NCBI GenBank assembly: GCA_030740155.1
Contig: JASLXV010000009.1
Location: 1-52,436, forward strand
Length of the DNA: 52,436 nucleotides
DNA from: Dehalococcoidia bacterium
GTDB taxonomy: Bacteria; Chloroflexota; Dehalococcoidia; Lucifugimonadales; UBA3495
Reading direction: 5' to 3'
Of this stretch, positions 1 through 7,752 are shown piece by piece. The position numbers were made by a program, and so were the translations under genes. How positions within the stretch are numbered: the first letter of the stretch is position 1; each line of letters starts with the position of its first letter. A model generated the notes under the pieces. The model saw only the letters and a program-made list of their open reading frames with translations. It was not told where the DNA came from and ran no database searches.

Positions 1-157
1 CCGGCCGTTCACGTCGATACCCCGGAGGCGCCGAGTACTTGAGCATCTTGCGCACTGTGTCCCGGTGCAGTCCGAATACCCGCGCCGCCTCACGAGCACT
101 CATCCCTTCTACGAAGCAAGCCCTTCGAACACGTAGGTACATTCCCAACTGGTACAT
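1..157 (-). CDS. istA: IS21 transposase IstA, N-terminal HTH part (partial; absent from the ORF track)
   Basis: Hand translation from ATG157: MYQLGMYLRVRRACFVEGMSAREAARVFGLHRDTVRKMLKYSAPPGYRRERP, matching IS21 IstA N-termini. RBS GAAGGTGG upstream. Confidence 0.85.
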   Translation of the reverse strand, partial: MYQLGMYLRVRRACFVEGMSAREAARVFGLHRDTVRKMLKYSAPPGYRRERP

Positions 158-278
158 CCAATCCACCTTCAATCAGGTTCTGTCGTTCCTGATTGAAGGC
201 GACAGGCGGTACAGTTTTCAAGCGCCACATCTCAGCACTCGACCGCCCTGGTGGCACATTATCTCTCCGCCCTTTACA
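1..278 (-). mobile_element. IS21-family insertion sequence, left end (truncated by window edge)
   Basis: Minus strand starts TGTAAAGGGCGGAGAGATAATGTGCCACC at 278 (TG terminus), followed by a second related box (GGCGCTTGAAAACTGTACCGCC) typical of the multi-repeat ends of IS21, then an IstA-like ORF. The + strand tail gene resumes at 279. Confidence 0.85.
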
Positions 279-620
279 CGTCGCAGAGATCTGGTTAAAT
301 CCGCTGTTGAACTTTATCAATGGCGAGGGACTTGTCACGGCCTCTCCGAATATTTGCGAGTGCACACCGGTACGGAACCCAAAATCACCGAGGACTTCGG
401 AGGTGTCCCCCTAACCGGGGAAGCTCGGTTGGGTCGGGATACGGTTTTGGGAGGAGGAAGCCAGAACACTTTCAGTGTGATATTGGAGTTGGACGGCCCG
501 AACGCAGTGGACGGAAATAAGGTTAGGGCTATCATTGAGGCGGAGAAACCCGCCCATACCACCTACAGCCTAGAATTGATCCGGACAACTACTAGGACCC
601 GACAAAGAACCTCGGGTTAG
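279..620 (+). pseudogene. C-terminal part of a phage-tail/baseplate-wedge-like protein (TIGR02242/P2 gpI-like, as in contractile injection system loci), interrupted by IS21
   Basis: RRRDLVKSAVELYQWRGT..GLSEYL..HTG..P.I.E.....LG...LG....F.V.....VRAIIEAEKPAHTTY.L resembles this family (recognised from memory). The similarity begins exactly at the IS end. Confidence 0.7.
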
Positions 621-649
621 CTTTCCCCAAGAGCTTCCGCTATCAGACT

Positions 650-684
650 GCCAAGAATATCGGTGTTGCGCCAGTATTCTTGGC
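650..684. terminator. Hairpin after the tail gene (possible terminator)
   Basis: Perfect 10-bp inverted repeat GCCAAGAATA (650-659) / TATTCTTGGC (675-684); only a weak U-rich tail. Confidence 0.35.
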
Positions 685-915
685 GGAATTTGTTCTGAAT
701 GAGACCGGGGTGCCCGCAACCTCTGATCCTGCAAACTATCCTCTTCACTCGCTATTTTCGCAACGTCGTCACCCATTGCGACCTGAGAGGCAATTGCGCC
801 GACTAGTAGGCGTGTCGGTTGGCCGTCCGTCGCGCCGCCTGACACATCGAGTGTTTGGGCTACAGGGTAATCATGGAGAGGACTCGAGAACTATTTCCAA
901 GGGGATTTTCTGGGC

Positions 916-1065
916 CTATTACTCAGTCAATCTTGAACTGGAGCACCCGGGATTCCTCATACGCCTACGGCTGTTCGGAATGACAACTCCCGGAGTGATT
1001 AATCCTATGGTTTGAGGTCAACGGAGCTGTGAATTAGTAATAACTCTAACTAAGAGTTAACTGAG
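916..1065. repeat. Degenerate REP/MITE-like element
   Basis: Imperfect outer IR CTCAGTCAATCTT / AAGAGTTAACTGAG encloses GATTCCTCATACGCCTACGGCTGTTCGGAATGACA (951-985), which resembles the units near 40412 and 40583. Confidence 0.45.
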
Positions 1066-1225
1066 GGAGACTGAGCTGGACCCGGTTTTTCGAACAACTA
1101 GTTAACGGGGTTTTCCCCGGAAGCACCGTCAGGTGCTAGTCCCCCTAGCGGGTGGGCCGGTTCCGAGCGCTTTCGCAACCGGCAATTCCATAGTACCGTG
1201 GCTCCGTAGTATTTGGAGGTGAGGC

Positions 1226-1426
1226 ATGAATCTGGAGGCGAATTTCGCCGGCGGCAACGGCATGGCTCTTGAGGGGCTGAAAATCCTGGACACCAGCCAA
1301 CTCTTTGCCGGGGCTATGCCGGCAACTCTTATGGGAGACTTTGGCGCCGAGGTGATCAAGGTCGAGCACCCAAAGTATGGCGAAGACCTGCGGCATTGGT
1401 GCCCACATGCTCGTGGCACAGGGTAA
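1226..1426 (+). pseudogene. 5' fragment of a family III (CaiB/BaiF) CoA-transferase
   Basis: ALEGLKILDTSQLFAGAMPATLMGDFGAEVIKVEHP is the family N-terminus; strong RBS GGAGGTGAGG; stops after 66 codons versus ~400 for intact paralogs in this window. Confidence 0.85.
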
Positions 1427-1478
1427 AGCCCAGGTCTTCGAACTTCACTGGCCCTAGAACGGTATTTACAGTTGCCAA
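1356..1478 (-). pseudogene. 5' fragment of a phosphotriesterase-family (amidohydrolase) gene (absent from the ORF track)
   Basis: Hand translation from TTG1478 with RBS GAGGAGG: MATVNTVLGPVKFEDLGFTLCHEHVGTNAAGLRHTLGARP*. VNTVLGP...LG.TL.HEH is the PTE N-terminal metal-binding motif. Confidence 0.8.
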
Positions 1479-1659
1479 TGCTGTCGCCTCCTCACCTGTG
1501 CTGACTTTAACATTCCAATTTCGTCAAGGGCAAAACCAGGATCACTCCGTTGGTATGATTTCGTTCCTAGCCCGGTCTTTATTTATTCACTGATGCCTCA
1601 GGCAGAGTAGAATGTATTCCCGAGTCGTTCCCGGCTAAGCCCGGTTAGGAGGCGAACCC

Positions 1660-2430
1660 ATGTCCCAGGTGTCCACGCAGTTAGAGGGATCCACGGCGTT
1701 CCTGAGCTTGGAAGGACGCACCGATTTGAACCTGCTAGGGTTGGAGCTTTTTCAAAGCCTGATCAATGGGCTCGACGAGGTGGCAGCCAACGCCGACGTC
1801 ACGACTTTGGTGCTGCGGAGCGCCGGAGACCGAGCGTTTACCGCGGGGGTTGACCTCCGTGAGATGCGGGACCTGACGCCACAATCGGCCGAGGAGTTCA
1901 TAGTTACCCTGCACCGGGCCATACGCCGGGTGCTGACCCTGCCCATTCCCGTTGTCGCCGCCATCAACGGCATCTGCTTGGGCGGCGGGCTAGAGCTGGT
2001 CCTGGCCTGCGACCTGCGCATTGCCTCGGAAGATTCCATACTGGGCCTGCCCGAGGTCCTGGCGGGGGTGCCCTCGGTCATCGAGGCGTCCCTCCTGCCC
2101 AAGACCATCGGGCTGGGCCGGGCCCGGCGGCTGATCATGACCGGAGAGTCCGTGACTTCCCAAGAAGCCCTGGACATGGGACTGGTGGACCGGGTGGTCC
2201 CCAAGAACGCCGTGAACGCGGCCGCACTGGAAGCCGCGGATAAATACCAGAAGATCAGCCCAAAGGTTCTTGCGGCTCAGAAGGACATCATCGTCAAGTG
2301 GCTGGAGTTGGGTGATGAGCAGGCCGCGGAATATAGCATCAAGGCCTTTGCCCTGGGTTTCACCACCGGCCATCCCCGTGAGGCAATGAGCGCGTTTCTA
2401 GAGAAACGGGAGCCGCGGTTCAATTCCTAG
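1660..2430 (+). CDS. Enoyl-CoA hydratase/isomerase (crotonase) family protein
   Basis: AFTAGVDL, AAINGICLGGGLEL..ACD and LPEV motifs (both catalytic Glu positions present); RBS AGGAGG. Confidence 0.92.
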   Translation: MSQVSTQLEGSTAFLSLEGRTDLNLLGLELFQSLINGLDEVAANADVTTLVLRSAGDRAFTAGVDLREMRDLTPQSAEEFIVTLHRAIRRVLTLPIPVVAAINGICLGGGLELVLACDLRIASEDSILGLPEVLAGVPSVIEASLLPKTIGLGRARRLIMTGESVTSQEALDMGLVDRVVPKNAVNAAALEAADKYQKISPKVLAAQKDIIVKWLELGDEQAAEYSIKAFALGFTTGHPREAMSAFLEKREPRFNS

Positions 2431-2577
2431 GGGTATAAGCATCCCTCCGCGAAACAGCCGGCATCGGTAGACCGGCAATTGGCCGCCCCCAACCGGCCTG
2501 CTGCTTCCTGATGACAAAATCAGCCGAGATCGCGCCGAGCCCGAGGTTCGATACTATGGCGCTTAGGAGTTGCCTTC

Positions 2578-2985
2578 ATGGACGAAGAAGTGAGAGGGTT
2601 GCAGAGAACCCTCAGGGCTCTGGAGGAGGAGGCCGCCGAGAGCTTGGGGGACCTCCATGACCCAACCCTGGACAAAGTCCACGAAGATGGGCGCACCCTT
2701 CGCCAGGTCATCTACGACCTGAGCGACCATTACCGGGAGCATATAGAGCAGTTGCTCTGGGCCAAACGGGGGCGGAGCATGCCGCGAAGAGAGAGTAACC
2801 ATGCCCTGGCGGAGCTTCAGGCGGTCCGCGCCCGGTTCGCGGCCAATTTCGCAGACCTGCGGGGTGAGGAGTTGGACAACCCCGGCGCCCCAGCCCAGGA
2901 CTCTTCAACCCGGGACATCATCCTTCACGCGGTGGCGGAGGAGAGGAGCGCCCTGGCTATCATTCGGGAGACTTTAGGCCGGTAG
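2578..2985 (+). CDS. DinB-superfamily helical protein
   Basis: TLRQVI..L.DH..EH..Q and STRDIILH motifs; RBS AGGAG; paralog of the next gene. Confidence 0.7.
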   Translation: MDEEVRGLQRTLRALEEEAAESLGDLHDPTLDKVHEDGRTLRQVIYDLSDHYREHIEQLLWAKRGRSMPRRESNHALAELQAVRARFAANFADLRGEELDNPGAPAQDSSTRDIILHAVAEERSALAIIRETLGR

Positions 2986-3052
2986 AAGAAAGGCAAGAAC
3001 CCGGAGACCGGCCGGCCGGTCCCCGGATAGGTTAGGCGCGAGGAGGTCCGCT

Positions 3053-3532
3053 ATGGACGGCGAACTGCGGGATTTGATCGAGACGCTGGAAGCCCAGCGT
3101 CGCGAAGCCATGGAGCTTCTCCGGACCGTGACGGATGACCAACTCGACACGGTCTACACGGATGAGGATCCCTCAGAGGATGGACCGTTCACCATACGGC
3201 GCCTGATTCATCGCATATCGCTCCACCATCACGACCATCTCCAACACGTCCTCAAAGCCCGCCGGGCCTTGGGAATACCCCGCGGCGAGACCACTCGCAC
3301 CCTGGCCGAGATGCAGGTGGCCCGAACGGAGCTGATCAACAACCTGGCGGACCTCAGCGGCGAGGAACTGCATCTCGACTGCTCCGAGGGCCAAGGCCTC
3401 GGCAACATGGAACCGCGCCGAGGGCAGGAGCCGGAGTACACCATACGCCGCATCGTGGAGCACGTCGTAGACATGGAGGAAATTCGGCTTAGGCACATCC
3501 GGCAGGCCCTTGAGGGCAGCCGGTCTAGCTAG
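3053..3532 (+). CDS. DinB-superfamily helical protein
   Basis: VTDDQLD..FTIRRLIHRI..HHHDHLQH and YTIRRIVEHVV..E..H motifs; RBS GAGGAGG. Confidence 0.75.
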   Translation: MDGELRDLIETLEAQRREAMELLRTVTDDQLDTVYTDEDPSEDGPFTIRRLIHRISLHHHDHLQHVLKARRALGIPRGETTRTLAEMQVARTELINNLADLSGEELHLDCSEGQGLGNMEPRRGQEPEYTIRRIVEHVVDMEEIRLRHIRQALEGSRSS

Positions 3533-3599
3533 GGGAGAAAACGTGGGACCGGAAGACGCGGTGGAGGCAGGTTCTCTGGCTGGCGGCGATCTCCATCCG

Positions 3600-4352
3600 T
3601 CAGGGCAGCCCTATCATTTCGGTTCCCCCGCTCAGCACCAGGGTCTCTTCTCGATCGACCCATTCACTCATCCCATCCGGCTTGATGGTATCAAGATACC
3701 TTGAGTACCCCGCTTCGGCATGGAAGTACAGCTCCGCCAGCCCGGCGTAGGTTTCAGCCAGAGGGTCGATACTGTGGCTCACCACGTACCGGAACCCTCC
3801 CACTTTTTCCATCACCGACTTCACGTTGGGTACGTGGGTGTTCAACCAATGGTGGTGGAACTTTTTGAAGTCTGAGCCCTCTCTGGCCTTCACCAGGAAG
3901 CTCACGCGGTAGAAGCCGGAGCGGGTGCAGGGGAATGGGGCGTTGAGGGTCAGGGGCTCCACTTTGAGATGCTCCGAGCCGTCGATCACGATGTATTCCG
4001 TGGTGGCCCAGGGAACATAGGGTTCCACATTCTGCTGGAAGGTGTCCGTTGGGGTGGTTGCGCTGGGGACGCTGGGCCTCGGCGGAGGCTCGTCATACCA
4101 CAACTGGGCCATGCCATCCCAAACATGCTCACGGTTCTCGTTCGCGTCGAACAGGGTGACGATGTAGCGGAGCGCGTGGGGATTGCTTTGTACCGCCTGA
4201 TCCTTCTGCCTCTGTATCACATTGGGCATGTGGTTGGCGAACCAATGGGCCACCAGCTCCTCTCGGGACGTCGTGGACCGGCGCTTGATGAGATAAAGCA
4301 TTTTTGCCAGCGGGTTAGCCTTTGGAGGTACCGAGGTTGCCCGAGTGTTCAT
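3600..4352 (-). CDS. Tandem EthD-domain (dimeric alpha/beta barrel) protein
   Basis: Two repeats of the pattern LIKRR...REEL..HW...H.P / FLVKAR....F..HW...H.P with WDGMAQLWY and YAGLAELYF. Start moved to ATG4352, which has RBS AGGAG. Confidence 0.8.
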   Translation of the reverse strand: MNTRATSVPPKANPLAKMLYLIKRRSTTSREELVAHWFANHMPNVIQRQKDQAVQSNPHALRYIVTLFDANENREHVWDGMAQLWYDEPPPRPSVPSATTPTDTFQQNVEPYVPWATTEYIVIDGSEHLKVEPLTLNAPFPCTRSGFYRVSFLVKAREGSDFKKFHHHWLNTHVPNVKSVMEKVGGFRYVVSHSIDPLAETYAGLAELYFHAEAGYSRYLDTIKPDGMSEWVDREETLVLSGGTEMIGLP

Positions 4353-4637
4353 GGAAAGCGCTCCTGACCGGAGTAGAGTAAAAGACCGGGATTTCCTATC
4401 ACAAAACGGGCGTCCGAAGCACGCGCCATCGTTGGCATTGGCGATTGTACGGACACCCTGGAACGCTGTCAAACACCCCGGATGCCCCCTGGTTTACGTG
4501 CCGGCTCAGCGCCTCGGGCGCCACCTCACAGTGCATCCCTCCCGCCATCCTTCAAGGCAGTGGCCGATGCTGCTTGGTGGGGTGACCCCGGTCGGTTGGA
4601 CGGGATTGGGCCAGATCAGGAGAGAGTCCCGACAGGA

Positions 4638-5804
4638 TCACTTGTACTCTGCGCCGGCGGTACGGTGCTCCATAATGTAGTCCCAGTCGTACTCGATGCC
4701 GAGGCCCGGTCCTTCAGGGACCGTCACGTAGCCTTCCTTGTCGATGCTGTCCAGGGCGTCGGAGTAACCGTGCTTGTACACCGGGGGATTGTACGGGCCG
4801 GCGTCCGGGTGCACCAGGCACAATTCATAGTAGTTGCTGTTGCGGATTGCCGCGATGCAGTGTCTCCGCGCGGTGTTGGAGGCGTGCAACTCCACGTCGA
4901 GACCTAACCCCTCGGCCGCATGGGCGATCTTCATTACTCCCGTGATGCCGCCATCGAAGTCCGGGTCGGCCCTCAGGAAGTCGGTGCCTCCGGCCAGAGC
5001 GAAGTCGATGTGCGGCTCCAGCATGCGGTTGAACTCCGTCATGAGGAGGGGTGTCCTGACGAGGTGCCGCAGTTTCTTGTGACCGAAGGCTGAGATGCCG
5101 GTGTCTTTGTAGGGGTCCTCGTACCAGTAGAAATTGGCCTCGTCCAGGGCCCGGCCCACCCTCACGGCGTCGGCGAGGGTCTCATACTTGCATCCGGCAT
5201 CCCACATCAAAACCATCCTATCGCCAACCCGCGCGGCCACGCGTTCAATCATCTCGATATCTCTTGCTACCGGGCCATTCTTCCACGGGTGGATCTTGTA
5301 GGCGGGATATCCCATCTCCAAACAACGCTGGGCAAAATCGGCGTAAGCCTCCGGGGTGTCCAGGCCGCCCGGTGTGTCGTCACCGAAGTAGGTGCTGGCG
5401 TAGGTGGGAAGGCGCCTTCGATAGCCGCCCAGCAGCTGATATACGGGTGCGTCGTGGTACTTGCCCGCGATGTCCCACAGGGCGATGTCGATCAGTCCCA
5501 CTCCAAGGCGGCTCACATTTTGAGTGGCCCTCTTCATATCGGTGTACAGCCGCTCCCGTTCTAGGGCGTTCTCGCCAAGGACCGCGCCGGCCAACATGCG
5601 GATGGCGGACGCGTCCACCATCCTGGAGTTGATGTACTCGCCGACGATCCCCGAATCGGTGTGGACCTTCAACGCCACGTTGGTGGTATGGATGGTCTCG
5701 CCGGGGGCGTACTTGGTATCGCCGTTGCGGGACCGCGTCATGTTTTGCACTTCGAACTGGAACTCATGCACTTCGATAGCTGTAACGATGGGTGGCTTTG
5801 CCAT
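4638..5804 (-). CDS. Mandelate racemase/muconate lactonizing enzyme (enolase superfamily) protein
   Basis: IDIALWDIAGK...PVYQLLGG, YKIH, MWDA, WYEDP, TE, GGITG..K, ELH and PEGPGLG motifs; RBS AAGGAGG. Confidence 0.93.
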   Translation of the reverse strand: MAKPPIVTAIEVHEFQFEVQNMTRSRNGDTKYAPGETIHTTNVALKVHTDSGIVGEYINSRMVDASAIRMLAGAVLGENALERERLYTDMKRATQNVSRLGVGLIDIALWDIAGKYHDAPVYQLLGGYRRRLPTYASTYFGDDTPGGLDTPEAYADFAQRCLEMGYPAYKIHPWKNGPVARDIEMIERVAARVGDRMVLMWDAGCKYETLADAVRVGRALDEANFYWYEDPYKDTGISAFGHKKLRHLVRTPLLMTEFNRMLEPHIDFALAGGTDFLRADPDFDGGITGVMKIAHAAEGLGLDVELHASNTARRHCIAAIRNSNYYELCLVHPDAGPYNPPVYKHGYSDALDSIDKEGYVTVPEGPGLGIEYDWDYIMEHRTAGAEYK

Positions 5805-6247
5805 TCCTGCCTCCTTAGGTCCCTCAAATTAGGATGGCCCCGTTGAAAACCAGCGGCCCTCTTGAGCCGAAACTCTCTTAGCGGGACCATGGGGGTCCCC
5901 TGCCCCATGCCAAAGAGCTTCGGATAGTCAAGTTCAAGCGATGGCTATGATACCAATTACTGCTGCTTCAAGCACCCCTCTTTGTGCTGTTTCATGCTTG
6001 CACGCACCGGCTTGTGTTTCGTTCCGAAGCCTTGGCGAGGTGTCTTGCGGCCCGGAATTTTCAGCAACCGGCACTATCAGTGAGGCGGACTCGGAGGGCT
6101 CCGGAGAAGCAAAAAGGAAGCCGTCACGGGGGGCGGCAGCACCATGCAAGACCTCCGGTTATGGTGGCGGGCTGTTCGGGTTGGATGCCGGGTGTTAATA
6201 TAGAGCGTCCACGTTGCCTGATTCCGGCGGGGGAGGGCCTGGCATTG

Positions 6248-6371
6248 AGAATCTATCTCAAAAGGTGGTTCGACAAGCTCACCACGAACGGGGCAAGAGC
6301 GCCCTATCCGTTCGTCCTGAGCCCGTCGAAGGACCGCTGGAGTCGGCACTAAGGGTTTTGAGATAGTTTCT
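6248..6371. repeat. Nested REP-doublet/MITE-like element
   Basis: Outer 16-bp IR with 1 mismatch (AGAATCTATCTCAAAA 6248-6263 / TTTTGAGATAGTTTCT 6356-6371) around the inner IR TTCGACAAGCTCACCACGAACGG / CCGTTCGTCCTGAGCCCGTCGAA. Confidence 0.75.
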
Positions 6372-6450
6372 AAGTGGACCGACGCTGAACGCAACCGGTG
6401 GCCCGCTCCCGCGTGAACCTGCTCATCCTGAACACGGCTAACGGCACTTG

Positions 6451-7746
6451 ATGACCGACAGCACCCCTAAACCCGGCCTCTTCTACGGCTGGTACATTGC
6501 CGCGGCGTGCCTTTTTATCGCCTTCTCCGTGGTGGGGACCCGCCAGGCCATTGGCGTTTTCGTCGTTCCCATGAGCGATGATTTTGGCTGGGACCGGACG
6601 ACCATGTCCTTGGCCGTCGCGATGGGCGTCCTGGTCAACGGGTTGACTCAGCCGTTCATGGGATACCTCTTCGACCGGTTGGGGGTACGCGTGATCGTGG
6701 CCAGCCTGATCGTAGTTGGCCTGGCCACGGTCTCCCTCGCTTTTACGTTTCACATCCTGTTCTTTGCCTTCGTGTTTGGTGTCGTCGCCTCCACCGCCCT
6801 GAGCGGTGCGTCGGCGAACAACACCGGGGCCTTGCTGGCCAGGTGGTTCCGGCGCCGGCTAGGCACCGTGGTCGGCCTGAGCGGCGCCGGAAGTTCCGTG
6901 GGCGGACTGGTGCTGGTGCCATTCGTCGCCTATCTGATGGAGGCCACGAGCTGGCGAGTAAGCTGGATAGCCATGGGCCTGATCATTCTCACCCTCTCGG
7001 TGCCTATGGCCTTCATGTTTCTTCGCGATGATCCCAGCAAGATGGGGTTACGACCCGATGGCGATCCCGACCCGCGCCGGAGTGGCGCCAAGGGCCCTGG
7101 TTACCAGGCAGCAGGCCCGCTGGAGACGGATCAGTGGACCAGGCCCTTCCGGTCTTCGCCCATCTGGCATTTGGCTGCCGCTTACTTCGTTTGCGGGTGC
7201 ACCACCACGGCGATATCGTTTCACTTCGTGGCCTACGCCGAAGAGGAAGTGGGCGTGTCCGCCGTCACGGCTGCCTGGGTCTTCTCCTTCATGATGTTCC
7301 TAAACGTGGCAGGCAACGTCGTCGCCGGAATACTGGCGGACCGGTACCGGCGCAAGAACGTCTTGGCAGCCGGGTACTTCTTGCGCGGTTGCGCCTACGT
7401 CGTGTTGCTGGCGGTGCCGTCGACCGCAGGTTTGTGGGCTTTTGCTGCCCTCGCCGGGGTCGCCTGGGGCGCCACCGCCAGCGTGACGAAGGCCCTGACC
7501 GCCGACGTTTACGGTGTACGGGCCCTCGGGACCATATCGGGGATTTCGTTCGGCTTCCACCAGGTCGGTGGCGCTTTGTCGGTATTGATGGCCGGGGTTC
7601 TCCAAGACGTGACCGGCTCCTACAATCTCCCGTTCGCCATCGTTGGTTTCCTGCTGTTCCCGGCGGCCCTTTCCGCGTTCACCATCAAAGAGCAAAAATA
7701 CTCGGTGCGCTACCAGGTCCATTCACCTCCGGCAGCCGCCCGCTGA
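6451..7746 (+). CDS. MFS transporter (OFA/MCT-like)
   Basis: FYGW N-terminus, about 12 hydrophobic segments, GYLFDRLGVR and GILADRYRRK motif-A sequences, ARWFRRR.G. Confidence 0.92.
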   Translation: MTDSTPKPGLFYGWYIAAACLFIAFSVVGTRQAIGVFVVPMSDDFGWDRTTMSLAVAMGVLVNGLTQPFMGYLFDRLGVRVIVASLIVVGLATVSLAFTFHILFFAFVFGVVASTALSGASANNTGALLARWFRRRLGTVVGLSGAGSSVGGLVLVPFVAYLMEATSWRVSWIAMGLIILTLSVPMAFMFLRDDPSKMGLRPDGDPDPRRSGAKGPGYQAAGPLETDQWTRPFRSSPIWHLAAAYFVCGCTTTAISFHFVAYAEEEVGVSAVTAAWVFSFMMFLNVAGNVVAGILADRYRRKNVLAAGYFLRGCAYVVLLAVPSTAGLWAFAALAGVAWGATASVTKALTADVYGVRALGTISGISFGFHQVGGALSVLMAGVLQDVTGSYNLPFAIVGFLLFPAALSAFTIKEQKYSVRYQVHSPPAAAR

Positions 7747-7752
7747 CCCGAG

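Noticed and set aside
39..278. N-terminal part of the 193-aa ORF 39-620
   Set aside because: It is the antisense of istA plus the IS end; only 279-620 is genuine coding sequence.
570..1015. ORFs 680-1015 (+) and 570-845 (-)
   Set aside because: No recognisable motifs or RBS; they overlap a hairpin and a REP-like element.
5934..6394. Several short ORFs, including one ending WFDKLTTNG...PFVLSPSKD
   Set aside because: These are translations of REP palindromes or have no family signal.
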